DNA of 64,000 nucleotides from Oculina patagonica (taxonomy: Eukaryota), in the NCBI RefSeq assembly GCF_052425735.1, contig NC_135761.1, positions 434,001 through 498,000 on the forward strand, written 5' to 3'. Under the pieces are notes generated by a model. That model made no database searches, had not been told where the DNA came from, and worked only from the letters and a program-made list of their open reading frames with translations. This document shows positions 13,701-28,700 of the stretch, piece after piece. A program made the translations under genes and the position numbers. Each line of letters begins with the position of its first letter. Positions within the stretch are counted from its first letter, which is position 1.

Positions 13701-16700
13701 ATATAAAATGTTACCCTACGATGGGTGGGTTTTTGGTACCTAGTTTTTGCACTCATTGCTCGAGCTTGATTAACACCATAAATTCAGTATTACCTTAAAA
13801 TGTGTACCTGATCCACCGCTTTCAGTGATTATTTTCTATAAAGTACAGTTTATGGCATATTTGGTAAAATGCTCCATCATTCATTTCTTTTGGTGAAATT
13901 AAAATAAAATTATACAGAAAAAAAGATATTTTACGAAATTATATAGAAACAGTTAATTTATTTTGATTGGTCTATTTTCAGCATGGTGAACGTGTAGAGT
14001 TCTTGTGTCGCTGTTCTTTCCTTGAGATCTACAATGAACAGATATTTGACCTGTTAGATCCTGCATCAACCGGTCTTTCTTTACGAGAAGACATCAAGAA
14101 GGGTGTATTTGTTGATGGGCTTCTTGAGCGAGATGTTGCTAGTGCGAGAGATGCTTACAGGGTATGAAATTATGTCTGTATCTGACTCAAAGATTTCTAC
14201 TATTTAAGAAGATCAAGTCACAAGTTCTGCTGTTACAATTTATTGTCTAGCAATGTAAACAAACAACACTAAAATTGCAGTCAGGGGTAGGCATAATGAA
14301 ATGTAAAGCCAGATAAGCTGTTGCTAATTTGAAACATCTTTTCTAAAGTTCATATAGACGTTGTATTTAACATTATGCCCAAGTTAGCGTCAGACATACT
14401 TTAAGTTTCATTATATTGTTTAGCTGGTTAAGTATTATTTTGTGACAGTGGCTATGCTTGATAGGATTAAATGGTAGGTTAATTTTTAGTCCAAGTTCAA
14501 ATATTGAACCGGAGTTCAAAGCTAATTACCAAATTCATTTAAGTTTGATACTCAAAGTAGGTCATACTAATTAATTATCTTCTTTTCTCAGGTGCTAAAT
14601 TCAGGCTGGTTAAACAGGAGAGTGGCTTCAACATCAATGAACAGAGAAAGTAGTCGCAGTCACGCTGTTTTTACAGTGGCTTTAGAATCCAAGGTTGGTC
14701 AATTAAAAGCTAGCTGCTACATAGTTCTATAGCCCTCTAGGCTTGGATGCAGCTCAAGTAGAGTGCAAGCTTTTTTTTTATTTTTTTATTTCTTTATCCG
14801 AGGTTCAAATTGTTCAATACATGTGGTTCATCATTAAACTTATCCTCATGAACATAATTTATTATTACTAATCTCATTCAGGAACGTAAAGCAGGCATGG
14901 CTAGTATCAAGGTGTCGCGTCTTCATCTTGTAGACTTGGCGGGATCTGAAAGACAGAAGGACACTCATGCAGAAGGCCTCAGACTCAAGGTGAACTTTAC
15001 ATGTACTTTTTTCATTTAGATGTTTAAATTTTGGAAGAAAGTGATGGGGCTCTAGGCTCAGAAATTTACTTGTGTACATTAATACCATACAATCATGGCT
15101 GATTTCCTGTCTTTTTCCCAACTTTAGGAAGCAAGCAGTATAAACAAGTCTTTGTCAGCCCTTGGTAACGTGATCATGGCGTTAGTTGACATCACCCACG
15201 GAAAGACAAGACATGTGCACTACAGAGATTCCAAACTCACTTTTCTTTTAAGGGTAACCTACATTTTCATGTGTTCTTGTTGGCAATCCCTCATAATAAT
15301 ATCGAGTACATGTAGGATGTCCACTTGACAGTAATTTTAAATAGTTTGCATGAGTTCGCCGGTGACTACGCAGTCCAATTTGGAAAGAGCAAATTCTCTG
15401 ACAGACTGAACTCAGTAGAGGTTGGAACTGCACTGCCATTTGTTGTCTCTCGATTCTTGCCAAGCGGAGTCTCTCACAGTTACTATGCTCCTTCCTCTGT
15501 TGCTCACTGTGTGCCACACCAGTGTGGATACACATTTTCATTACATACATGTAGTTAGTGCATGGTAAAGAAGGAAGCAAAAACAGAGCTAAACTTTACC
15601 TTGCAGACTGAACCTTATTTACTACACTGACACTGTATTATAGTGATGAGCGTATGTAAAGTGCACATCATTGTCATATACCTCCATAGCACAAGCATCG
15701 TGTTTGAGACCAAAATTTATATTTACATTGTATGCGACCTCTACAATTCAATACTTCATTACATGTAGTAAGGTTTCTCATTACTTATATAACACTTTTT
15801 TTTCCACAGGATTCTTTGGGTGGCAATGCTAAAACTTATCTGATTGCCAATGTACACCCTTCTGCTAAGTAAGTTATACGGCTGTTGTGTTTCTTTAGCT
15901 GTTAAAGTCTGATAATTTATATGATTTTTTGTTTATTTTAATAATAAATTTATTTAATAATTTTTTATCTTTTCAGGTGTTTTGGAGAGACATTGTCCAC
16001 TCTCAACTTTGCAAAAAGAGCAAAGATGATTAAAAACAAGGTACAAGTTTACTTCTGCGTTTGTCTTATGTAGAGTTTGTATCATTTCAATGTTGAAAAC
16101 GGTTATATTGCTCTAAAGTTACGATAATAACCATCTGTTACTGTTTATGGTTGTTAGGCCGTGGTGAATGAAGATGCTACAGGAAGTATTACCGCTCTTC
16201 AAGCTGAAATAAAACGACTCAGAGAAGAACTCGACAAAGCCAGAGGTGAGAAGATTCAACTGACAGCCCATGCACTTCTCACCACTCATAAAAAATGGCA
16301 GTTTTGTGCAGCTTTATTATAGCAGGTTTTAACTGAGTGTCGTAAAGTGCTCACAACTGCCCATCACAGCAAACTATACAATATTGCAACAAACCAATGA
16401 ACACTAGAAGCAAATACTCATCATTGGTCACAAGCGTGGGAAAACGCCAGATCTGATGGTTTAAGCATAGAGTGTAGTAAAACAAAACCACTATTGTACT
16501 AAGTTGACTGGCATCATAACATGAGTGCCATAACTTATGTAAGCTGTGTATTTCTATTTCAGCTGGCATTCCAAAGCAGATTACCAGACAAGGTACGATT
16601 GCTAAACTAATAGCAAAGCCAGTAGGAAGTTTGTCAAAGTGTCTACATTTTCAGCAACGGAATCTTTAAGATTCCTTACTTTCGACTTGTTGTTTCCCTG

Positions 16701-19700
16701 TTTTGCGCGAACTAGTTTTTTTCTTTAATTGCAAAGGCCTTGTTGTGGTGTTATTGCAACGAAAGTGAACTGTATTGTAAAGTGACTAGACTGCACAACG
16801 ATGGGCAACTGTAAGGTGTGCTTCAGGGTAACCTATACAATGCAGCCACTGCTGTTATGACGACTTTATTTTTTTTTATGATTTTAAGGTTAACTGAATA
16901 TGATTTCTCACTCATTAGAATCAACTGATGCAGAAATCAACAACAAGAGTTCTCGTGGAGAGGCTTGTGTAGCCCCGGATAATAACAATAACAGTAATAA
17001 TAACAATTCAGGAGTAGACTTCAATCAACAGTACCGCGAGTGGAAAGAGATGATGGTCGCTGCTACTGCTGCTAGAGATCGAGCAGAACAGGAAAAACAG
17101 GTCAGACTACAGGCTAGCCGTACATGTAGATATAGTTTCATGTAGTAGATGCTTTTGCGTTCTTCAAGACAATTCAACTTTGATTAGGAGAACTATACTT
17201 TATCTATTTTTTAAGTGTACTTTTGTTCCTCGTTTCTTCTTCTATTTTCTCTTTATAGTGCTTAGTTGAAAAAGTACAAAAACTCGAGGAACTGTGCAGT
17301 AAAAAGGAGAAATTCTTACAGGTTTGTACATCTTACTTATTGAGCATAAAGTTTGAACGTTATGACTTGGGGTCAACCCTCCAAGTTTATTTTTTTCCTT
17401 AGTGGCCATTTGGCCACCGACTGCTCAGGTTTGGTCGCCAGTGAAAAATTTTAGTCGCTAAATTGAGCTCACGCTTTCAATCCTTCTTGTCAATTTTAGT
17501 CGCCAGGCTGGCGACTTTGGTTCCAATTTAGTCGCCAGCTCCAAAATTTTAGTCGCCATGGCGACTAAAATGGTCTTAACATGGAGGGTTGCTTGGGGTG
17601 TTAATAAAGTACGTTGTATGCAGAGTACAAACCTTTGTTGACTTTTGTTTGGTTTTGTTTTCACAGTCGACAAAGATGATCCTAAAGTTTCGAGAAAGTA
17701 CGATATCCAGACTGGAGAGACTAAGAAAGCGAGAAAAGGAAGGATCAGAAGGGCAGGAGGACGGGAAGGACAGAGAAATGGTAAGTGCAAAAGATCCATC
17801 TTAACCATTTTACATACTCTAAGAGTCTCGTGTTGCAGTGTTCGTTCTATTACAAATAACACAATTCCTCCCCTTTGCCAGGATATCAAAGCTATGAACG
17901 ACTGAGCTGGGTAGTTTTGTTATTTAAGAATTGTTTGAAAATTTTTGATAATGCCTCGACTTTCAATACAAATTCAGGAAATCTAATTTTAAGACTTAAA
18001 AGTAAAACTAAAAAATGTCTTAAAGTCACTTGTCTATTTTTCTTTTCCTGTTTTTAGCAACTCCTCAAAGAAGAAATTGCTGTCTTGAAAGACAAAATTG
18101 AACATCATCCCGATGTCACTAGGTTCGCAATGGAAAATCTGGAACTCAGAGGTATCTAATAAAAACCTTTTTGATTGACTGTGCCATTTTGTCTTGTTTA
18201 GACCTTTTTTCTCCCTCCCCACCCCAGAGAGCTTATCTTTTTCGGTTAACTGAGCCCATGGTGTTCAGCAAGTGTGTTGCAAAGAAACATGATGTATCGA
18301 GATGGCGACAGCCTGACGTCACAACTTTTGAAATGTTCGTGTTATTTCTGATTGGATAATAAGAATCGGAAACTCTTCGGAGATCACCCGAATTCACCGA
18401 CTATAACTGCGATCTTGAGAAGAAGAGTTTGTTTGAAAGTGTACATGTACAGACCTCAGTGATGTTGCGCCTGGGTCACAATACCGTATTTTGAATAAGA
18501 TAAATAAATACCGTTTTTTGAATGAGATTGTAAACTATTTTCGTTTGACCTTTTCCACAGCGGAATTGAAGTGCATTCGGTCCCTTGATGAAGATGGAAC
18601 TGATTTCGCACAGGACCTTGCAAAGAGTCATCGTTACACGTTACAGCTGGAGAGGCAACTCAGAGAACTTCTACAGTCACCTCAAGGAAGCGGTCAGTTG
18701 CTAATAAATTGTATTATTTAAACTTGAGTGATAATCAACAGGCAAACTGTAACTCAAGCTGACTGGTCAATATGAGTTCGTTTTTGCCGGTGGCGATTTC
18801 TTTAACGGTTTGCCAGCTTTGCTCTATTTTGTCAAAAAAACACATGTATATTTGTCCCGCCTTTTTGCAAAGAAGAATGTCTAAGCAGCCCACCCCTGGA
18901 TAGCCTCGAGGTTTTCATGCAAACTGTTTTTTCTGGACTACTTTACATTCATCTCCTGTGATCAAGATCTTTGCACGTACTACATGCCTGCGTGTTCTCT
19001 TTAGTTTTGTTAGAAAGCAATAAAGGTTGGTCACTGCCACTAGGTAAACGGTAGTGCTGTTAACGAGAACCATTGAGAGGCTTGTAAAGAGAGCAAAATG
19101 AAACAGCAGAACGGCTAGCAGCTAGTTGTTAGTTAGCAGTGTATCTTTGTAACAGATTTATTAACATTGCCTTTTGAATAACCTGTTAACTTGCAGAACT
19201 AGAAAGAAGTTTATCCAACTCGTTGTTAAACTTAGAAGCTTCAAACGCCGAACTCGAAAAGTTCAAACTTGAACGAGCACAGCTACAGGCGCAGCTGGAG
19301 TCGGTAAGTGCACTTGGAATTGAAACTTGTTGTAATCAAACGGTGCTTAGCTTACAAGGTGTTTGCGTTTCACAAGTATTCAGTTTACACTCTGAATTAT
19401 TTTTGGATTGCATTTTTTTTTTCAGTACAATAAAAGCAACCCTACTAAAACCAAGTGTGAACAGTTGGTTCCCTCCTTTCTGCTCCAAAAGATATAAATC
19501 AGTAAAGTTTTAGGCCCCGTCCACACTGACCCGGGTAAATTTGAAAACGGAGAAATTTGAAAACGCCGGGTAAAATGTTTTCCCTCCACATTAACACTGG
19601 TAAATTTGAAAACGATACGCTCCATTGGTGAGTGTTTTTGAAAAGCTCCGTTTTCGGTGACCGAAAACGCCGGTTTAGTGTAGACGGTTGGCCTAACCGG

Positions 19701-22700
19701 AGAAAAAAAGATGCGTTTTCAAATTTACCCGGGTCATTGTGGACGGGGCCTTAGTATAATAAGTCACCAGATCGTCAATTGCCATACATTTCTTTTAATG
19801 TCTTGTTGTAAGACTTTAGTGGTACAAAAGGTCAGCTTCGAGCCAAAGTGGCGCATACTGCCGGAGCTTATCCCGGTTTCCTTAGCATTAAGCAGCTTGG
19901 AGTATTTCTACTCCCCCCTGGATGGGATGCTAGTCCATCGCAGGGAACCCCCCAGCATTATTTCGCCGGTACCCATTTATACACCTGGGTGGAGAGAGGC
20001 ACTATGAGAGTAAAGTGTCTTGCCCAAGAACACAACACTCTTCTCTTCTTGACAACATATCGAGTTCAGAAAGGAAAATTAGTCCTTGATCACTTGAGAA
20101 TCAAAGGGTTTACTATTGTTCTTTTTTCCCAAGACACGCGAGGAACTCACGGAGACCCGCGAAGGTTTGCAGCAAATGAAGGAGAAACTCGTGGGACAAG
20201 AGGAGAGCTTCAGAAAGAAGTGCATCGATATGGACGCTGATGTGTTATCGCTTAGGAAAGCCAACGCTGAGCTTGAGGTAACAAACAGGGCTGGACTGCA
20301 TGACCATAGCTACTGTTAATGGTTTCTAATAAATATCTTGACCAAAACTTAGACAACAGTGTTATTGATCCACTCACTTCGATAGCAGATACGGAAGCGA
20401 GCGTATCGGAATACGACGCAACTCAAACATATAACCGGTGGAAAATTCTGACAGAAGCGAAGTCACGATTGATTTCGGTTTTATGAATGACATGATTTGC
20501 TAAAAGAACATGTTTTCTTTTTTCACGTTTTTTTTTTCTTTTAATTATAAGCAAACAAAAATCTAAAGAAAAGGCTTTTAGTTTCTAAAGTACATTTGAA
20601 ACCGATTTTAAGTTTTTTTCCAATCGAACGTTCCTCTGAAAGTCATGTGGAAGAGACCTCGTGAACAAGAAAAAAAAAGGATTTTATGTTTTTGAACCAT
20701 ACATTTCTTTTTTTAAAAGGCGGAAATATCACATCCTGTAACTCCCGTTGATTTGAGCGGTCTATGGTGCATCCTGTGTCATTTGTTTAATTCTTATTTG
20801 TTTTATGTTATACTCTGCTGAATATTTGCTTATTTCCGGTAGAGAGCACTTGAAGCACATCAACTGAAAACAGCGGTGGAAAGAACGACACTTAATGACA
20901 TTCACATGCAGACAATTAAGGTAAGAATGTTTTCCACATGCTAATTGAGCAACTGGCTAAGCACCTATCCTGCGAGCTCCCCCTTGACACCTCCGAGATC
21001 TTGCTTGCTTGGTAAAGTGCACTCAAAGCTAAAGTACCCCGTCACCTTCCGGATTGTTGCATATTACAATCACTTTCTCTCTTTCTTCCAAGATTGAGTT
21101 GAAGCGAAAGCAAAATTAGCATGCCGTCAATTTTGGGAAGAAAAATAAAGGACCGCTTTGTCATTCTTAAGAATGAATGAATGATGAATGATATAGGTGC
21201 TTATATAGCGCATTTACAAAGCTCAATGCGCTTCACAGTTAGAATTTTATTGGATGAGACCGGAAATCAGCATATCATCAGCATAACTATCCACAGCAGT
21301 TTGCTCATTTGAAATGACTTTACAACCTTGCTCTCTATTTATTTCAGAGCCTGACGTCTCCACGGAAACTCCTGCACAGTTCTAACCTACTGAGTCCACG
21401 CAGCGCGGCCAGCACGCCTAAACGATCACCGTCCAACAATAGAAAATCCAAGCTGTCGTCTCCTGTTATCGGAACACCTGATGAGAAACCCAAGCCACCG
21501 AACGGACTCATCAGGAGAGACAGTTTCCATGATATTGGATCAGACAGTGAAATGGATGAACCGTTCTTTAATTTCGATTCTGAAGAGATGGATGATGAGG
21601 AACTTTACTGTGAATCACTCTTGGAAGAACTCAAGAAACAACAGGTGTGCTGCTGCTGCTGGGATTATGTTAAAACAAAACAGTAAATATTAGTGAACTC
21701 TGCTAACGGGCACCTCATATCCCTCCCTCCCCTAGTTGGACACCTCCCATAAGTGGACACTGTCATGGTCCCAGCCACATTAATGGACACCTCTCCTCGC
21801 TGGACACGTAATGGTCCCGTGGGTTTCTGCTTGCGGGAGGTTCAACTGTATTTATTGAATGTTATGTTTTTATAAAGAGATGGAAGCTTAAAATAAACTG
21901 GCAGCTGTGAGAGAAAGATTTATAATATCAGCAACATTTTTATAATATCGTTTTATTCATTGCTTAGTTAAACTAATAGTTTGAGCTAAAAAACGTGTTC
22001 CTGCTAATTTTTACTGGTTTTGTTCTTGATATTTTTCAGGAGATGAACAATATTCAGCTACAACAGCTTCAAACAGAAGAGGCATCAAGAATACGATTGA
22101 ACCAATCGATCAACAAACTAGAGCACCAAGTACAACATCTCACAACGGTCAGTTAAGTTGATAGTAAAACCAGTTTAATACCATTTCATGTACTTGATTA
22201 ACATTTATTGAATGTTTATTTCGTTGTTTTTCGCAAGCAAAATCAGACCTAAAAAGGCCTTGTTGCTCTCAAGTGGCATTGGAAGACTCTAAAGCAAGAA
22301 ATACAAAAAAATATGTTATATATTTCAGGTTTTAACCAGTGAACGGGAAAAGCACGCGGCAACTGAGACCGAGCTGAATATGAAGAACCTGGGTCTAGCT
22401 GACAAGCTGAAGGAGGCCCGGGGAGAGCTAACGGGTATGTTCCACAACAGTATATTGTTTGAATTCTAATTTACAGGGTTAACGTTTTTGATTAAATTTA
22501 TGTTAATCGCGATGAAAAGCTGGCATTGAACACCGAGACAAGACACAACACAGCAGACAGTTGATATGTAATTGTTTTTCTTGTGTAGTTCTTCGAAGTG
22601 AAGTCGAAGATGTGAGGTGCTTACTTCAAGCTGCCGAGAGACAAGTTGATTCACTGAAGAAAGAACGAGACATGGAGAGTATTGAGTCCGGCAGGAGACT

Positions 22701-25700
22701 GGCTGCTTTGGAGAGCAAGGTATGATGCTAAATTTCTGCACTACTGGCAACTGGTAGCAGGAGAATAAATATTGTACGGAAAACGTAGCGTTGTTACCAG
22801 CAGGCGTGGCAACCTTCGGAGCGTTCGCGAGTCCAAGTGCTATATTTTGATTGGATGATAAGAATCGAAAACTCCTTGAGCAATTCAACGAAGATTTACG
22901 TAACAATGTGCTTGTTTCTCTACTATTTCTCACTTTCTTCGCAATCTGAGAACATGCGCCAGACCGTTGTTGAATCCTTGGAGAGACAAGCGTCTGGTTT
23001 GTTCATAGCTTTCTACGGAGAGCAGACCCTCTTTTGGCGCGTAACGGTATATTACGGTGGGAAAGATTGCGTGACAAAGCTGAAGAATGTGTGCGTAGAA
23101 GCCTAGCATATTCAGTACTGCTGAAAAGCTGGACTCCATCATCATATATATACTTGTTACGAAATTTGCCTATTCCCCTTATGTAAACTGTGTAGTTAAT
23201 GATTGCCTTTCGTGCTAGTTCTTCTTTGACTGACGTTTGTATTCAACATTTGTGTTTCAGTTGACAAGGCTTGAAATAGAGAACTACAACCAACAAACAG
23301 AAACAGAGAGCACAATAGAGATGAACCAGCACTTGCAGGTGAGACTGTTTGCTTTGCTTTCCATTGAGTAGTCTGTGCTAAGGCTCTCCTCTCGGGGAAT
23401 AGATAGGGTAAGGAAAAAGGTCCCCCCATTTTTTCTCCGAGCGTTCCGATAACTAAGTCGACAGAAGAATTTCTCAACACTGCGTATTTGCTACGTTAAC
23501 CATTGAGCGATCACTTTGTTGTTTCTTCACCTCAGCTAACTTTTTGGCGTATTACGTTTTAGGCGGATGCAGAAACTCTAAGAGATGAACTCGAGTTCAA
23601 GAACCATAAAATTGAAGAATACGAGAGCATGTTGCAGGCAGAAAGACAGAGACTGAAGGACATGGGACAAGAACTGCAGGTACATATAACTTGAAAATAA
23701 AATATGTTTATAGGATTAGAAGAGACAAGTAAAAAACCCCGAAATTACCGGTATTACGGAACAGAACGCAATGATCAAAGTGAAATGGCTGCACTCGACT
23801 CTTCTGGGTGACTTTTGATTGTTAAATGCTCAATGCTTATAGAAATACCTTGTAAAATACCCCTCTCCTTTGCACTTTTGTTCTTTAGTTTTGAACGAAG
23901 CGGTAAGTACATTAATCGTTATTTTACCTATTTTCAGGGAACCTTGGAGAAATTAGACATACAAACCGAGACAAATAACAAGCTGCTGGCTCAACAAGAC
24001 AAACAACAAGTAAGTTACAATGAATTGAACTGGAATATTTCCTTCAATGTGTGTCCGCGCTAACTGACACACGAATGATCTCTTTATTTGTTTCAGGACA
24101 TGGTGAGAGCGCTTGAACAACTTGTGGCCCTCAGAACTGAACTACAGGAGAGCAACTCAATGTGTGAGCAACAGGTAAGAGAAAAATGCACACCAAGACC
24201 ACATTGTTTATCCCCTGGGTGCCAGAGGTTTTTCTTGCGGCCGCCGAAGAGTGTTACTCTTGGGTTAAACCCACCGCGCGAGAAAAATTCTCTGGTACCG
24301 AGAGTACCTTAATCAGTGTTGTATTAACTTCAGTTTGATCCCAGACAACTAAAATACGATTTTTCGTTTCCACAGGGTCAGAAAATACACTCATTGTCAG
24401 AAGAACTCGATGAAGCAAGGACTACCATCAGAACATTGAACAAACGAAACGAATCGGACATCGTAAGTAACTGTTTTCAAGCTGTGCTTATTACCTGTGT
24501 CTCAATGTTTGAAGTTATGTCAACTAGAATTGAACTAATTATTTTTTTTGTGTTTTTGTATAATTTCAGGATTGTGTAAACAATTTAATGGAGTCCGTGA
24601 AAGGTTTGAAAAAGAACCTTGGCGAGAAGGATGTGAGTCTTATTTTCTGTCATTAGCCCAAACGCTTGCAACCCCGATGTCTATACAGTCGTCCACCGGT
24701 CACCATACATTTCGTAGTGTACCGGTCTGGAGAATTTGGAGTTGTATTGCTCAAATTTTGGAAAATGTAACTTGAATGTGACAATAAGAATCAAATTCTA
24801 AGTTCATAATTGTTCTTTATCTCTCTGTAGCATTCACGTTTTTCGATGGCCAGGGCCAGTTGGTCTCGTTTGGGAAATTTTCTTTTTCGATACACCATTG
24901 TTTTGGGGTGTTTTTGATCTGAAGGATATTGCTTCTGTTGCAGAACGACCTAAAACATGTTTTTGAGTTGTGCAAAACCACTAGCCTACAGTTAACTGTT
25001 TGTGTTACTCGAGAGTCACGCGGTAATGAGCTGCAGAGTTTGAATATTACCCTTTGATATTACTTTTTTTTCTTTACAGAGCGAGTTGTCATTCCTCAGA
25101 AATCAACTGGAGGAAAGCAAACTTCAACAGCAGGAGTTGGCAGATAGTATTGAAGAAAAGGTGTGTACTCGCGCCTAGCTTCCTTTAACGGGAACCGCTT
25201 GATCAGTCAATTATCGAATTTCCGACTGACGTTTTATTTAGTGTTCAACATTTGATGTTTATAAATATATTAGACTTTTTTTGTACATCATACTTTTGTT
25301 TGGTGATTTTATTGTTGTGATGCGACAAGATGGTGTATTTCTCTGTGTTACTTAAGCTCTGCTGACTCGAATGTTGCTTTTCACCAGAAACGAACAATAG
25401 AGAAATTAAAAGACAAACTTGATCGAGAAACAGAGAAGTTCAACAAGGAAAGACTGGATCGCGAAACTGAAGTAAGTTTGGGCCCTGTGTACTTTGTATC
25501 AAACTGTACTAAAGCCGTAAGAGTAGGGTTGCAGTTCACAGTTCCTGGAATTTCTCCTCAGAATCGTGTGAAATAGCGCAAAGTAGTAAAGCAATTGTCT
25601 TTTAGGGGCGGTTTTCTTTTACATATTATCCAGAGTAAAACCAAACCAAAGTATCGTATTTTCTCGATTAAACGCCCCCGGCGTTTATTTCAAACTTGGC

Positions 25701-28700
25701 AAGATAGGGCCGGCGTTTATTTGAATTCAGGATTTTTTTCAAGCCCTATGTTTCTAAGAAATGATTTTTATTCATTATTTTTGACAGCTATATAATAAGA
25801 CATTATTTTTAAAGCATATTCATCCTCTAATAATTGTCTAAGGGGTTGATTTTCAAATACAACTTGGAGACCCGGCGTTTATTCGGTGCCCGGCGTTTAA
25901 TCGAGAAAATACGGTAACCGCATCTGGCCATAGCATTAACCAAAGCCAAGTTTATTTGTTCCTAATTGGTTAAAAACCAGCTGGTTGTTCTGGTTAGTAC
26001 CCGCTTTAAGTTAAATTCTTTAATTTTCTTTCTTCTGTAGATGAGTCAATTACGAGATGATCTTCGTCGCACGACTGAGCAATACAGAGAAATGAACCAG
26101 GCTCTAGCTCAACAGCAGCAACAAATGACGTCATTACAGGTGAGTATTGACATACCAAACTGACCAATCACGGAATAAAATTCCATCACCTTTCAAACTA
26201 GCCTGGTTTGTAGAATTCCCTTGTTGAGGCTTGAAGGGGTTAAAAATTCCTCGATTACAATGCAGATCTCTTCGAATTAAAATTAGCTTAGATCCGCTGA
26301 GACAACTGAAAGAAAATACATCTTTGCCGTGTGTAAGGATATGATTAAGTGTTTGGAACGGGTGTAAACAATGTACACTTGTTGAGCTCGACTGGCAGCA
26401 AGATTTCGCTTACCACGGATTTACGTATAGCTTGTAAAGAGAGAGCTGGGGAAGATGCTAGAGGAATGTCATCCGCGCCAACATCAGAGTCAAACTCCAT
26501 CAGTCCAAGGACTTTTTAAGAGTTTTGTGTGAAAGGGAGTGCTATTAAGCGCTGTTGTACCCTTTCTGTTTGTGTTTGTCACCATCTCTTAAAATAGAGT
26601 GCTTCTTAGCGATATTCACCCCCTCCCACTGAACTGCCCGTTAATATATTTACTGTTGTTCTATTGAACATTGATTCCGACAGGGGAGCGCTTTTCAGCG
26701 CTACTTTACCACCCCTGCTCGGTATCTTTTTACACTGAGTATTTGCCTTTATACAAATGTTTTAAAAGTTCATTTTATTCTTTGTATGTTGTGAACGTTT
26801 TTACTTTTTAACAAGTGTGGAGTGTTTTATTCTAAGAGTGTTACATCACACCTTATTTTGCGGCGAGTGCTTTTAGGCGCTATCTTAACGCCGCCAGTGG
26901 ACAGCTCAACTCTCAGAGAGTGCTTTTAAGCGCTGATTGTACGGGAACACTTTTTATCGCCACAACTCGTGGCTTTTAACCTTTTTTTATTGTGACAGCT
27001 CCGAGTCAGTAGCTGATCGTCTTTACCGCAATTTTTACTGTTTTTAACTGGATTTTATCTCATCGTCGTGGCTGTCCACAGGCGAAGTGTTTTTTTAAAA
27101 ACGTTTTTAAACTGTTCCCCTCTGCACTGCCTCTTTGAGTTGGGCCGTTTTTAACTTCCCTTAACCAGTATCTAAAATCTAATTCCCCTGTGTTCTTCCG
27201 GTTCAAGGCCATCAGCTGACAAAGATCCCGGATATACTCTAAACAAAACAACCTGCAATTCATACTGATGCGACGCACATCACGTGACTCCGCGCCCTTA
27301 TGGAGTTCCCGGATATAAAGACACGTCACTGAGATGGTTTGCATGAGCCCTCAAGCATACACTGGACACTTGGCCAGCATTCTCTCTTCAACATTTTCTT
27401 CACCTCCCTTCTCTCAAGCTTTTCTATTTATAAACGTATTTATTATTGGGATTTTTTATTTGGTCACCGCCTGAGCTTTTTTATTTGTTTTTATTTTGAC
27501 GCGTTTTTACTATTTGATTTTCATATCACTGGATGAAAAATAGACGGAATACTTGTCACTTTCTTTGCCTCTTAGCGTCAAAAACCTTTTCTCAGGCTCT
27601 CAAGTTTAGGTGAAAAGAGAACAAAAACCTCTGAAACCAGGGTAATCTAGGCATTTTTTTGACTTCAATATGTTACAAGTGTGTAATTTATCCCTGCTCC
27701 ACCCCAGCAAGGCTGAGTTTGTAACCGAGTAGTTATCCCAACGTTCTGCGAAATAGCTTTAGTGACGTCTTTCATAGTTCAGTATACATTCGCGATAAAA
27801 CGTGGGCTGAAGTCTAAATATTATACGAAGAAACGGAAGGTATTTTTATACAATATTTAATATATTGATCCAAGGTAACTTGTACATATTTATAAGTAAG
27901 AATATTTTACTAAAACCGTGACAGCGGTGCGTACTTGTTGTTAAGTGGTTTTATATTTGGCCTGTTGTACATACGAGCTTTGGAAATCCTAATTTAAGTA
28001 CAAATGTGAACACTGTTTGTGCGTGACCTGACTGTGTCACGATCGGCTGATATTTATAAGCTTTTTAGCTGTGCGTGACATACATCCCAAAGGTTCTTTT
28101 CTATATATACATTTAACGTTTTAGAATGCAGAGTAAAAACTGTCAATGGTAACATTTTACACCAAGGAGTTTTTAGACGTTTTACAAGAGCGACATATAA
28201 CATAAAACTAACAAGACGTGAAATAGTCATGTGACTGTGGCAATGACATTAGTACACAATTGTTAAATCTTCACAAAAGCGACGTACATATTTGTTATCT
28301 GACAGGTTTATCGCGTTAAGCCAAACACCCCCGCCCAACGCCTGATGCACCATGTTAAATATTCGTAGTAGTGTGTTGTTAAGATAGGCCCAGTCATACT
28401 TGTATGTACATAATAAATGCGGGGAATCACATTACAAACCATGCTGTTTTGTTGTCGTTTTATTCTGTTTAATTCAAGAGATTACCACTTTCCCTTCCAC
28501 ACCCCGTTATCTCTCTTTACAAAGTCTAAGCCTTTTTGAGTTTTAGCGCGGGAGATGCGGCACACACGCGCGCACTGGGTTCGTCTTTCTTCCAGCTTGT
28601 AAAGTTTCCCGTCTGACCCCACCCTCTCCCTGTCGGTGAACTCCATGCAAAACAAGATACACACCTCCAATGAAGCCATGGCTTCCATTTCCGTTGTTGT

